Shown: in pieces, positions 20,724-30,756 of the stretch
Layout of the letters: every line of letters starts with the position of its first letter
How positions within the stretch are numbered: position 1 is the first letter of the stretch
NCBI GenBank assembly: GCA_963704305.1
Contig: OY969888.1
Span: 859,168-923,167, forward strand
Direction: 5' to 3'
Length of the DNA stretch: 64,000 bases
Source of the DNA: an uncultured Bacteroidota bacterium
Lineage (GTDB): Bacteria > Bacteroidota > Ignavibacteria > Kryptoniales > JAKASW01
The notes under the pieces: generated by a model
What the model was told of the DNA's origin: nothing
Seen by the model: the letters and a program-made list of their open reading frames with translations, nothing else
Databases searched by the model: none
Position numbers and translations under genes: made by a program

Positions 20724-21728
20724 TCACGTCTTAGCACTACGTCGGACAGGCATGCCCTGAATATCTGATAGGATGTAACGTGCTAATTTCTTGATCGCAT
20801 ATCTAGCGTTAAACATAAAAGCAATAACCAGATATCGCAACCTTGTTGGATGCCAGTATCGCTGTCTGATTGCGTTCATTATCCTGATCCCGGCATCCCT
20901 GCGAATGACGCGTCTCTCATTTCTCGTCAGGTGCTCTGAAGTTTTGAAAGACTTGTACAACAAACAGATCAGCTCACTCGCCTGCAAGTCACCTTCAACG
21001 CCAACGCCATCCGTACGCAATGTTGAAACAGACTCCACACTAATCTCTTTAACCAATCTGTCCGATACAATTGCCATCCGAACCCTGTCAGAGTTTCTCA
21101 CGTGATTCATGAAATTCGTCTTCGTAACGCTCTCGTCATGCTTTCTGAGCAAGATCAAAATATCACGAAGGTTGCCTAACTGGGCAACACGGCTTACACG
21201 CCACCAGAGATCGTAGTCTTCGCAGTAGAGTGCTTCATTTCGGTATCCACCAACATCTTTGATAACCCCGGTCCGCATCATCACGCTTGGATGAATAATT
21301 GGGGAATAAAATGGGAGAGACCAAAGCAATTCGGGATTACGCTGAGGGTGCGTATGAGCACCGAGAAATGCTCCCTCATCGTCTATTAATCCGTATCCGG
21401 TACCTAGGGCTGCGACCGCTGGATTGGCATCCAAAAACGCTAGCTGTTTCGCAAATCGATTTGGCAAGCTTATGTCATCGCAATCCATGCGAGCAATGTA
21501 TTGGCATTTGGCGAGGTCAAGTCCTCTATTGAGGGTCGCAATAAGTCCTAAGTTCTTTTCGTTCCTAACAAGCTTTATTCGCGGATCGCTGAACGATAAG
21601 ACTATTTCATCAGATCTGTCCATGGAGCCGTCATTGATAACAAGAAATTCAAAATCACCATACGATTGAGTCAAAATACTTGTGATGGCTTCCGACAGAT
21701 ACTTTTCCCCGTTGTACACGGGCAGCAA
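20724..21728 (-). CDS. Glycosyltransferase family 2
   Basis: 'LPVYNGEKYLSEAITSILTQSYGDFEFLVINDGSMDRS' and 'MDCDDIS' (DxD). It has a TTG start and the N-terminal beta-strand looks short. Confidence 0.85.
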   Translation of the reverse strand: MLPVYNGEKYLSEAITSILTQSYGDFEFLVINDGSMDRSDEIVLSFSDPRIKLVRNEKNLGLIATLNRGLDLAKCQYIARMDCDDISLPNRFAKQLAFLDANPAVAALGTGYGLIDDEGAFLGAHTHPQRNPELLWSLPFYSPIIHPSVMMRTGVIKDVGGYRNEALYCEDYDLWWRVSRVAQLGNLRDILILLRKHDESVTKTNFMNHVRNSDRVRMAIVSDRLVKEISVESVSTLRTDGVGVEGDLQASELICLLYKSFKTSEHLTRNERRVIRRDAGIRIMNAIRQRYWHPTRLRYLVIAFMFNARYAIKKLARYILSDIQGMPVRRSAKT

Positions 21729-21982
21729 GACTGTTACCCTCGGACTGATATTCTATGCCCTCCCCCAGGTTTCAGGAATCAAGCCCTTATCATTAATCTT
21801 GTCGTTGACGAACCACTTTGCTGTCTGAAGTGCGGAACCTAATCAGTATTTCTCAATTCCCCATTTTGTCTCAAGAGAATCACATGACGCTTACGATTGT
21901 AGATCAAACCCGTAGACATACTCCGTCACGAAATCTTCCCACTAACGGAGTTTCTGCTCCATGTGGTCTCACTTGATCAAAA

Positions 21983-23296
21983 CTACCCCCCTGCTTGGGG
22001 ATGTATTATATACTTTCGTGTCTCGTCTCGATAAGAATTCGCAAATAGAGGATTTTCTTGATTTGTAGCAAATGCATTGAATTGAAGACCTACGAGAATA
22101 TAAAAAAACATTTCATTCTGATATGTGAGGAGCGTGATATTATCCACTATGAATAGATAAACGAATATGAAAAGAAATATCTTATTAAATGAATTCCGCT
22201 TAAACCTCTGAACATTCCTCGCAAAAATCTTGAACCACAAGAACAAATAGATTAAGGCAATAACCAGGCCTTTCAACAGCGCTTTATTTAAGATGCCATT
22301 AATAAGATCTATATTGTGAGCGATTACAAAATTGCGATAGAAAGGTGATAACTCTCCTAAATAGTTAATCTGACCTGTGAGAGACAACAATGTTGCGCTT
22401 GCCACCGCGATTCTTCCGTTTAAGTTCTCGATGCCGCCCTGCTCTTTAACATTAGCGAAAACTATTGTGCTGAAAGTATCCGGGAAGTAACTGGTAAAGA
22501 CCAGGTAGCTTGCTAAAACAAAGACGGAAAATATTAGTATGTAACTCAATCGTTTCCTGCTAAACAGCAAATAAGCGAACATACATAGAGCGAAGGACAT
22601 GATTCCTGTCCTTGACTGGCTTAGGACGGCTCCGAGGATTGCTAACAAAATCTGAAGATATGAAAACATTCTAAGTTTGTATTCATAATAATTATTGTCG
22701 ATTAGCAAAATATTTATAAGAGATACCAGCAGCAGGAATTCCCCCAAGAAAATGGGTTGAGAAAAGGCACCGGCAACCCTGACGACACCAGCCCGATAAT
22801 AAATGAGTGAGCTATTATTGAAGGCTTCGTTTGGGTCTAACACTAAGGAAGTTAGGAAATTCTCATATAAGCTTCTTTCAGCTAGGTATTCAACGATTGC
22901 AATCACTGAAGAAAGAATTGCAGCAAGAGTCAATCCCATAAATATTTTGTCAAAATCGTTTCTGGTTTTGATGAAGTACTTACTGAAATAGTACGGGAGG
23001 AAAAACAGTATGAACGGTTCAAATGTTTCGACAGTAGCTGCTTTGAAATTCCTGTAGAATAAGATATGTTCAGCAATTGGCGACAACAAAACAAGAGCTA
23101 ATACAACATAGTCTGTTCTATCCAGCGCAAAATGTTTTTGATAAGCTTCGTGGACGAACTTAAAAAAGAAAAAGACAAACGAAAATAGCATCCATAGAGT
23201 GAAATCACCCAAGACCGATATTTTGAAGCCATACCCAATTGGGAATAAGCAGATTAAGAGAATAAAGAATGACAGTCTACTGCTAATCTTCAGCAT
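21983..23296 (-). CDS. O-antigen polymerase/ligase family (Wzy-like) polytopic membrane protein
   Basis: 437 aa with about 10-12 hydrophobic segments, AT-rich and low-complexity, typical of Wzy. Confidence 0.75.
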   Translation of the reverse strand: MLKISSRLSFFILLICLFPIGYGFKISVLGDFTLWMLFSFVFFFFKFVHEAYQKHFALDRTDYVVLALVLLSPIAEHILFYRNFKAATVETFEPFILFFLPYYFSKYFIKTRNDFDKIFMGLTLAAILSSVIAIVEYLAERSLYENFLTSLVLDPNEAFNNSSLIYYRAGVVRVAGAFSQPIFLGEFLLLVSLINILLIDNNYYEYKLRMFSYLQILLAILGAVLSQSRTGIMSFALCMFAYLLFSRKRLSYILIFSVFVLASYLVFTSYFPDTFSTIVFANVKEQGGIENLNGRIAVASATLLSLTGQINYLGELSPFYRNFVIAHNIDLINGILNKALLKGLVIALIYLFLWFKIFARNVQRFKRNSFNKIFLFIFVYLFIVDNITLLTYQNEMFFYILVGLQFNAFATNQENPLFANSYRDETRKYIIHPQAGG

Positions 23297-23448
23297 CTAT
23301 TTATGACCAGGTTGTCGCGAGTTAGTGCCAATAGGCATATGATCTCCTGAAGCCAAATTCCGAGTATTGATCCTTTGCCACGAACTTTCTCCGTCAAAAA
23401 TGCTTTGAACAACGAAAATCAAAAAACGTTCTCAAGAATAAGATTCTT

Positions 23449-24453
23449 CTACCAGTTCCTATTGAGAACAAATCTGCGAATCTCTTTCAAATAACTCCAT
23501 ACTCCTAAATGGCTTAACAATGACTTGAGTTGTCTCTTAAGAAATCTTATCGATAACGCTCTAAGCTTAAGAAGTGCGGCAAGATGATAAACAAATAGAA
23601 GATTATTATTCCTGCAGATGTTTCTTACTTTTTTGAACGCCTGATTATCATATTGCGTCAGTCTATGTAAAATAGAATCGATAAACCTGAGATTGTCTAA
23701 TTTGTTCCTCTTAATCTTATTGAATACATAAATACGCTCGGACAAATCGACCACAGAATCGACTGTTCTTGTAACCCTGTTCTTGGCAATATCTGAAACA
23801 CAAACGAGTGGCTCTTCAGAATAAACAAAATTCGGATTGTTGTTTAATAACCTGATATAAAAATCAATATCTACAAACCACTTTATGTTCCTATCAAAAA
23901 GTAAATTTACGGATTTTCTAAAAATCGTCACGCTGGGGCTTCCGATTGAAATTCCTTTTGTATAATACAGATCAAAGGGATCATCCCTAATCATTTGTAA
24001 CTGTTTGCGTGTTAATATAACTGTACTTGCTGTCTCACCGTCTTCATAAACATTCTTTGTGGCAGAAAAGGCAAATGAGCTGTCTCGGTTGCATCGTAAC
24101 AAATTAACAAAGGTAGACAATGAATCTTCTCGACTAAACCAATCATCATGGTGCATGATCTTTATATATTCACCTCTAGCAAGCCTTATCGATTCATTCC
24201 AATTGTCCGGAGTACCTAATCTTCTTTCATTGCGAGTGTATCTGATTGGCAGGGGGTCTCTATACTCTTCAACCAGCCTCTCAATGTCACGCGTCGAGCT
24301 GTCGTCCGTGATAATCACTTCGAAATCCTTGAAGTCCTGAATGGCAACAGAATCCAAGAGCTTACGGAGGACGGCCGGTTCCTCAAAAGTCGGGATACAA
24401 ATGGATACCGTCGGAAGTGTCACATTCCCATCTTTTGTGCTTAGATTAGCCAT
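23449..24453 (-). CDS. Glycosyltransferase family 2
   Basis: 'VSICIPTFEEPAVLRKLLDSVAIQDFKDFEVIITDDSS'. The preferred start is the 'MANLST' ATG at 24453, embedded in the wzt stop context AATGGCTAA. The ORF track start at 24498 is less likely. Confidence 0.8.
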   Translation of the reverse strand: MANLSTKDGNVTLPTVSICIPTFEEPAVLRKLLDSVAIQDFKDFEVIITDDSSTRDIERLVEEYRDPLPIRYTRNERRLGTPDNWNESIRLARGEYIKIMHHDDWFSREDSLSTFVNLLRCNRDSSFAFSATKNVYEDGETASTVILTRKQLQMIRDDPFDLYYTKGISIGSPSVTIFRKSVNLLFDRNIKWFVDIDFYIRLLNNNPNFVYSEEPLVCVSDIAKNRVTRTVDSVVDLSERIYVFNKIKRNKLDNLRFIDSILHRLTQYDNQAFKKVRNICRNNNLLFVYHLAALLKLRALSIRFLKRQLKSLLSHLGVWSYLKEIRRFVLNRNW

Positions 24454-25744
24454 TGGAAATGAGCTTCGTTGACCATGGCAACTTCGGCCTAACAACACCG
24501 GGGAAACCTCCTGTATAGTCTTTACCTCGGGCAGAGTTTCCTTCCATCTTGTCTACCACATTGAAAGCAACTGCGTCCATTTCATGGAAATAGATCGAGA
24601 ACGGGCTATGCTCCACTATTGCCACACTAACCGTGACGGAGCCTTCCGCCAATAAGTTACCAGGTATCCACATTGTGGCAGAATATTTCCCTTTGCATCT
24701 TGGAGTGTTTCTGATGGGAGAGCTGATATCATGCGAGCTTAACAGATGGATACCCTGTTCGTTATACAAGTTGCAGCTGTGTGTGAAGCGGTGCCCTTCT
24801 TCCATCACTTCATAATACATCGTGATGCCGATCGGTTTTGTAATGTCATATGTCTCTGCAAGTGTGCCGTCCTCCATATGACAGCAAACTTCAGTAAGCC
24901 GAACAATGTGATTACCAGGCGCGTGATCGCCATCGGTCCATCTCCGGAGCAACGTCATCCCAAGATTGGTCCTCAGGTAGGCTGTAACTGTTCTTGAGGT
25001 TTCTCCAGAAATCATAACCGTTCCATCGTTGAGCAATATCGCGCTCGAACATAATCTCAAAATCGCTTCCATGTTGTGGCTTACAAACAAGACAGTCCGT
25101 CCTTCGTTGCTGCTCACAGACTCCATCTTCCCCAGGCACTTTTTTTGAAACTCAGCATCGCCGACCGCGAGAACTTCATCAACGATAAGAATGTCCGGTT
25201 CCAAATGTGCGGCAACAGCAAACGCAAGACGGACATACATTCCGCTGCTGTATCTCTTCACAGGAGTATCAAGAAACTTCTCAATCTCAGAAAATGCCAC
25301 GATTTCGTCGAACTTCTTCTTGATTTCCATTTTGCTCATCCCGAGAATGGCTCCGTTCAAAAAAATATTCTCTCGCCCTGTCAATTCTTGATGAAAACCT
25401 GTTCCAACTTCCAACAAGCTTGCCACTCGCCCCCTGATGGCTATCTTCCCAATCGTTGGTTCCACGATGCGGCTCAACACTTTCAGCAGCGTGCTCTTCC
25501 CCGCGCCGTTGCGTCCGATAATTCCTAACCTCTCTCCCTGTTTCACTTCAAATGAAACGTCCTTAAGTGCCCAGAATTCCTCGTGCGCGGGATCGGGCTT
25601 GCCATTTCTTCCAAATGAAAACAGACGCTTTGTCTTGTCGGCGATAACATCACGAAGAGTAACATATTTCCCCCGTCCGCGCACTTCGTGGTCGATTATG
25701 TACTTCTTTCCGAGATTTTCTACTGTGATGACCGTATCAGACAT
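24446..25744 (-). CDS. wzt: Polysaccharide ABC exporter ATP-binding protein with extended C-terminal (glycan-binding type) domain
   Basis: Walker A 'GIIGRNGAGKSTLLK', signature 'YSSGMYVRLAF', Walker B 'ILIVDEVL'. About 170 extra C-terminal residues, as in Wzt/TagH proteins. Confidence 0.9.
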   Translation of the reverse strand: MSDTVITVENLGKKYIIDHEVRGRGKYVTLRDVIADKTKRLFSFGRNGKPDPAHEEFWALKDVSFEVKQGERLGIIGRNGAGKSTLLKVLSRIVEPTIGKIAIRGRVASLLEVGTGFHQELTGRENIFLNGAILGMSKMEIKKKFDEIVAFSEIEKFLDTPVKRYSSGMYVRLAFAVAAHLEPDILIVDEVLAVGDAEFQKKCLGKMESVSSNEGRTVLFVSHNMEAILRLCSSAILLNDGTVMISGETSRTVTAYLRTNLGMTLLRRWTDGDHAPGNHIVRLTEVCCHMEDGTLAETYDITKPIGITMYYEVMEEGHRFTHSCNLYNEQGIHLLSSHDISSPIRNTPRCKGKYSATMWIPGNLLAEGSVTVSVAIVEHSPFSIYFHEMDAVAFNVVDKMEGNSARGKDYTGGFPGVVRPKLPWSTKLISNG

Positions 25745-25826
25745 GTGTTCTAAATTTCTGATCCCAAATTGCCAATTGATAATCTGATGTTTGGATGTTC
25801 GATCGCTGAATGTGTATCAGTCACGG

Positions 25827-26660
25827 TCAAATAATGTCCGCAAACTTCCGTTCAGTCTTCCTGAAATAGTAGATGCCGCTTACAACTGAAATGAAAATGA
25901 TGAGCGACCCCAGGCCAACACTCATCCATGGAAACGGCGCATTACCAAGGAGCGTCCACCGAAATCCATCGATCACACCTACCATCGGATTCAATGAGTA
26001 GAGCAACTGATACTTATGCGGAACTACAGAACTGCTGAATCCGACGGGCGAAATATACAAACCGAATTGTACAATAAAAGGAACGATGAATTTAAAATCA
26101 CGATATTTGACATTAAGCGACGCAAGCCAGAGCCCCACCCCCATCGCCGCACCGAATGCCAATAATGAGAACAAAGGAAACGCAAGGATGTTGACTCCGG
26201 GCATGGATCTGTACCACACCATCATACCTGCGAGTATCAAGACCGAGATCAGGAAGTCAACGAAGCTTACAACGACCGAACTCGTTGGTATAACCAGTCG
26301 AGGGAAGTAGATTTTCGTTATCAGATTCGTGTTCAGGATGAGGCTGTTGCTGCTTTCGGTTAGTGAATTTGAAAAGAACTGCCAGGGGAGGAGTCCTGCA
26401 AAAACGAGGAGCGGGTACGGGACACCACCGGAGGGAAGCTTTGCGATTCTGCCGAACACAACTGTAAATACAAGCATGGTTAGGAAAGGACGAACCACGG
26501 ACCATGCGACGCCAATTACGGTTTGTTTATATCTAACGAGAATGTCCCGCCAGGCAAGAAAATAAAACAGCTCCCGGTATCGAAAGATATCTTTCCAATA
26601 CTGCTTCTCCGTCTTTCCGGCTTCAATAATTAAAACTGGTCGATTCATAGTTTTAGTCAA
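25827..26660 (-). CDS. wzm: ABC-2 type polysaccharide exporter permease
   Basis: 277 aa with six hydrophobic segments and a 'YRELFYFLAWRDILVRYKQTVIGVAW' ABC-2 N-terminus, directly upstream of wzt. Confidence 0.85.
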   Translation of the reverse strand: MTKTMNRPVLIIEAGKTEKQYWKDIFRYRELFYFLAWRDILVRYKQTVIGVAWSVVRPFLTMLVFTVVFGRIAKLPSGGVPYPLLVFAGLLPWQFFSNSLTESSNSLILNTNLITKIYFPRLVIPTSSVVVSFVDFLISVLILAGMMVWYRSMPGVNILAFPLFSLLAFGAAMGVGLWLASLNVKYRDFKFIVPFIVQFGLYISPVGFSSSVVPHKYQLLYSLNPMVGVIDGFRWTLLGNAPFPWMSVGLGSLIIFISVVSGIYYFRKTERKFADII

Positions 26661-26910
26661 GAGTTAGACTTTCATTATTTCGCAAATTCATCGTTTGTTG
26701 AAAATATTTTCGACGGCTGTAGATATTCTTCCTTGACGGTCTTTACCTATTCCAACGCCGCTGGCACTAAAAATCTGCAGATAAGATCCGTGTGTTCTGT
26801 TACTTTGTTTTCGTTTCTCCAAATCAACATTTGAATGTGTCCGTTTTCGATAATAGCCGCACAGAGTTCTAGATTTCTAGACCGCCTCGACAGATTGCAT
26901 TAGGACTCCC

Positions 26911-27870
26911 CTAATTCTTGAATCTCAACCAGGAGCCCGGGACTTTGACGTGATAATTATTCTCGTCAAGCACCCATTTCTCTGGTGCCACTACAATCTT
27001 CGAGGGATTCTCATTTAGCCAAGCAGCCCACCAGCTAAATGTGCTACTATCGATTATGTTGTGCTTGCATCGACTCATCAGAAAAAGATGTTCATAATCC
27101 GGTCCGCCGCTCTCAATGAATACAATCGGGAAACCAATCTTGAAGTTAGCCTTCACCCACTCCGTGTCGTTTGAAAAGACGAAGAACGTTGGCTGAGGCA
27201 TCTTGTCGCCCATGAGCGAGGCAGCGTTAAGAAAATAATCGATGGACGCCATAGCATAGAACTTCCTGGCGTAGGACTTCAAGCTGTCTCCCCTTCTGAA
27301 ATGGATGGACACCGAATTGGACGCAATGATTTGCTCCAAGTATTTCCGGTTCTCAACCGACATCTGTCCCTTAAGCGTAAAATCTCTGGCGATGACGCCC
27401 ACGTGTCCTAGAAAGTATTCGTAATTCTGCCAATAGCCGCGCAGGAACACGGTTCCCTCTGAAGGAATTTTAACGTCATCCACTTCGTAGCCGTTTTCCT
27501 TAATTTCGAATGTTACACGCTTGTCCAATAGGGGCACGACTCTACTCAATATCGGAATCTTGACGACCGCCTTCCCAGCCAAACGACTTAGTGAAGAGGA
27601 CTCACATGAGGAATAGTTATCCACAATGTTGAAATGGTCGAGTAGATATTCCCTTTTGTCCGGTCTGTCAAGAGCAGATGTGTCGATTTGTGTTTTGAAC
27701 CAAGAGAGGTCCATTGCGAAGGGTACCCCCTTCTCTAGTGACAGCGCTCTGGCAAAGGCATACTGGAACATCTGGTTTCCTAGCCCGCCAAAGATCTCAA
27801 CTATGAGCATGTCTTCTTTACCTAATTTGAATCGTCGAATAGGATGTCGCTTAGCGATTCCCATGAGCAA
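26911..27870 (-). CDS. Glycosyltransferase family 11 (alpha-1,2-fucosyltransferase-like)
   Basis: 'FGGLGNQMFQYAFARAL', 'HFRRGD' and 'SSTFSWWAAWL' GT11 motifs. The true start may be the internal 'MLIVEIFGG' ATG at 27810. Confidence 0.85.
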   Translation of the reverse strand: MLMGIAKRHPIRRFKLGKEDMLIVEIFGGLGNQMFQYAFARALSLEKGVPFAMDLSWFKTQIDTSALDRPDKREYLLDHFNIVDNYSSCESSSLSRLAGKAVVKIPILSRVVPLLDKRVTFEIKENGYEVDDVKIPSEGTVFLRGYWQNYEYFLGHVGVIARDFTLKGQMSVENRKYLEQIIASNSVSIHFRRGDSLKSYARKFYAMASIDYFLNAASLMGDKMPQPTFFVFSNDTEWVKANFKIGFPIVFIESGGPDYEHLFLMSRCKHNIIDSSTFSWWAAWLNENPSKIVVAPEKWVLDENNYHVKVPGSWLRFKN

Positions 27871-27873
27871 GAG

Positions 27874-29199
27874 TCAATGAGATCGTCCAATCGGCACGTA
27901 CTTCACGTGCCATTGAAGTTTATCAGGGTCCAATATGCGCCAGCAATCGACAATCGCGGCAGGACCGTCTCCCTGATAATTTTCGACGGCAGTCTTAATT
28001 TTTCCGTCCTGCGAAGCGACGACGCAGAGGCCCGCTTGCTTCAGACAGGTTGCGGCGGAATCGACATACTCGACTGAACTCCCAAGTACAGCGCGCGCAT
28101 TATCGATAGCCAGCGGATCATATGCGACGACCCGCAGGTCATGCAAGAGAAGTCTCTTTATGAGTTTCAGCGATGCCGATTCCGCTACCACGGGCGTATT
28201 GGAAGTGAATGCCAAGCCTAGGATGCCGATCGTTTTGTCATCGATGCCCTGCATTTCGCGGAGAACTACTTCGGCAAGGTGCTCGTCCTGATACGTGTTG
28301 ACGCGATCGACCGCACGTATTATGTCTGGCTCGATGTTGTATTTTTCCGCGAGTGCGACATATGCTCGTGTATCGCGGGGGAAACAAGTTCCTCCAAAAC
28401 TTAAACCGCCGCGAAAATAGTAAGGAGATATCCTCCTGTCGGCTCCTACAGCCCTTGTAATTGCATCAACATCTGCCCCCGGGATCCGCTCGCATATATT
28501 CGCCACAGAGTTAGCAAAACTAATCTTCGTCGTGATGTAAGCATTGAGGCTTACCTTGGCAATCTCAGCACTTATTATCGACATCCTAGATATGACGGGG
28601 TCGCTATCACACATTTTTTCGTGAATGGCCTGGATACGAGCACCCGCAGTTTTGTTAGACTCTCCGATCACCACAAGATCAGGTCTGAGAAAACCTTTTA
28701 TGACATTGCCGAGAGCAACAAAGTCGGGGTCATAACAAACCGAAAATCCACGATTTATCTTTCGTCCAGACGACTTCTCAATTATCGGTATAAATGCTGA
28801 GTCCGTAGAAGTCGGCATAACAGTGCTACTAATTGCAAATAGATGCTCGTCCTTCGTGCTCCGGGAAAGCGCCTCACCGAGCGATCTCAAAGCTGATTCC
28901 ACAAACCTGTTTGAAAAACTTCCGTCCGGGTTACTTGGAGTCGCCACGAGGATGAAGGTAATGTCCGTGTTCTCAATTGCTTCCTTGTGGCTCGTCGTGG
29001 CTCTTAAGCGTTTTCCGCCATGTTTTGCGATTAGATCTCCCAGCCCCGGCTTAAAAAATGGGGCACTCCCGGAGTTCACAGCGTCCACTACTCTGCTTTC
29101 AATGTCCACACCAAGAGTATTAAACCCCTTTTCGGCAAGGCACGACGCCAAGCAAAGGCCCAGTTTGCCAAGGCCAACAACCGAAACACGTTCATCCAT
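27874..29199 (-). CDS. Nucleotide-sugar 6-dehydrogenase (UDP-glucose/GDP-mannose dehydrogenase family; substrate unresolved)
   Basis: 'VSVVGLGKLGLCLASCLAEKG', 'ILVATPS' and 'GGTCFPRD' catalytic Cys motif. Confidence 0.85.
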   Translation of the reverse strand: MDERVSVVGLGKLGLCLASCLAEKGFNTLGVDIESRVVDAVNSGSAPFFKPGLGDLIAKHGGKRLRATTSHKEAIENTDITFILVATPSNPDGSFSNRFVESALRSLGEALSRSTKDEHLFAISSTVMPTSTDSAFIPIIEKSSGRKINRGFSVCYDPDFVALGNVIKGFLRPDLVVIGESNKTAGARIQAIHEKMCDSDPVISRMSIISAEIAKVSLNAYITTKISFANSVANICERIPGADVDAITRAVGADRRISPYYFRGGLSFGGTCFPRDTRAYVALAEKYNIEPDIIRAVDRVNTYQDEHLAEVVLREMQGIDDKTIGILGLAFTSNTPVVAESASLKLIKRLLLHDLRVVAYDPLAIDNARAVLGSSVEYVDSAATCLKQAGLCVVASQDGKIKTAVENYQGDGPAAIVDCWRILDPDKLQWHVKYVPIGRSH

Positions 29200-30756
29200 T
29201 TAGATTTCCCTTTGAATATTCTTATGACCTGTGTGTGATTTCGACGTCACTTCAAGATGTCCGGCCCAACCAGGATGGGGCTTGAAATCAAGATACGGAT
29301 TCTGCATATCCACAAAACATCTCTCCCACTCCCTCACTGAAGAGACAACTTTTATTCCGTCTATGCCATTAATTCCCGGCGAGAGTTCTCTGTCTTTGAG
29401 TATTTCACAATACAACTGCATCTTCAGGGGATCAAATCCCATTAATCTCGATGCGACCAGGTCGACAGCTATAAGGTTTTCCCCCGCCAGCAGAATGCCT
29501 GCCGATTTTGGATCAGGAGCAAGTGGCCCATTGTTCTCTCCTCCGATCACTCCGTCGACTAAAGAAAAGGTCCTTCGTTGTGCGGTATCATGCAATACTC
29601 CATTAGAATCCGCATAGTAAAATGCTCGGAGCAAATCTACAGTCATGCGCCAAGCCGAATCGTTTCCGTACCAGTTTCCAGCGTCGAGCAGGCGCTTCCG
29701 TGGGTCAATGGTGATGCCGATGTGTTTGGTTGTCCTGTTGTGCAACCAATAAACAGAACGATGGATATACTCAAGGATTTTATTTCTGGGCGAGAGCAGA
29801 TGATCGTACATCCAACGCTCAAGTCTAATGAGTTTTTCTTCCCTCCAGCTAAACAGGCCATCTGGATATTGGTCTCCTCCCTTGCTCGGCGGTGTCAACG
29901 TATAATGGACAAGATAATTCTTGTTGGTGCTGACGCCGACAAGCCCCTTGGCATTTAGAGTAACCCCCACTTTTTTGTGGACCTTGAGCTTTGGCACTGA
30001 TATAACCACGTCGGCCTTCATTACTGTAGCAGACAATTCATAATCGTGGACCGGGCCACTGTGGTGGGCGATGGTTTCGGCCCTATTGTACACCGCGCCG
30101 TACAGTTTATTTGCCGCTTCCTTCCCGTAAAGGGCACTTTTTCTTCCAAGCCTTACCGTGACATTACCTTCTTTATCCCCTGGCAGTGGTTGGAGGAGCG
30201 AAGCGAAATGTTTCCAACTCGACCAATACCGCCTCAGGTCACTAATCCGAACTTCCGGCCCTGAGTAACCGGCATAGAAATCCGAAACCTCATCGAGCCT
30301 TGTCGCCTGGAGCAATTCCTGGAAATTACAATCGTATTGGGGAGCATCGGCAAAAATTATCTTGCCACTATTATGTAGCGCTATCCAGCAATAGTCAGCA
30401 AGGGCCCGTAACACGGAGGGATGAGTGATGATCGAGTAAATATCCTTGCCGCTTGAGTGTTTACTTAACACAAAATTCGGTTTGATCACTACCGTCATCC
30501 CCGTTTCGATTATACCGCCAAGTGGATTCCACAGACTTGATCCAAAACGTTCCTTGTCATATCCCAGAAGATGAAAGAGCTCGCGGATCCCATCGTAAAC
30601 CGCATTCTCATTTGAAGAAAGCGAATCACCAAAGGGATACTCCGGGTACTTTTCGTGCGGATGGTAAGGGGCTTCCACCGGGTATTGAGGAGATCGGACC
30701 TGCACAACCCCGACTAAATTAGGACTCACATCATCCACCATCTTAGTTATCTCCAA
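29200..30756 (-). CDS. DUF362 domain protein (unusually long, 518 aa)
   Basis: 'VVIKPNFV', 'VPKLKVHKKVGVTLNAKGLVG' and 'DGVIGGENNGPL' match DUF362 core motifs. Confidence 0.75.
   Translation of the reverse strand: MEITKMVDDVSPNLVGVVQVRSPQYPVEAPYHPHEKYPEYPFGDSLSSNENAVYDGIRELFHLLGYDKERFGSSLWNPLGGIIETGMTVVIKPNFVLSKHSSGKDIYSIITHPSVLRALADYCWIALHNSGKIIFADAPQYDCNFQELLQATRLDEVSDFYAGYSGPEVRISDLRRYWSSWKHFASLLQPLPGDKEGNVTVRLGRKSALYGKEAANKLYGAVYNRAETIAHHSGPVHDYELSATVMKADVVISVPKLKVHKKVGVTLNAKGLVGVSTNKNYLVHYTLTPPSKGGDQYPDGLFSWREEKLIRLERWMYDHLLSPRNKILEYIHRSVYWLHNRTTKHIGITIDPRKRLLDAGNWYGNDSAWRMTVDLLRAFYYADSNGVLHDTAQRRTFSLVDGVIGGENNGPLAPDPKSAGILLAGENLIAVDLVASRLMGFDPLKMQLYCEILKDRELSPGINGIDGIKVVSSVREWERCFVDMQNPYLDFKPHPGWAGHLEVTSKSHTGHKNIQREI

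Noticed and set aside
21729-21982. Gene remnant in the 254-bp gap between the GT2 and Wzy-like genes ('AKWFVNDKINDKGLIPETWG' in one minus frame), and a similar look at 26661-26910
   Set aside because: These are short open stretches with no motif I can assign, which is not distinguishable from chance by eye.
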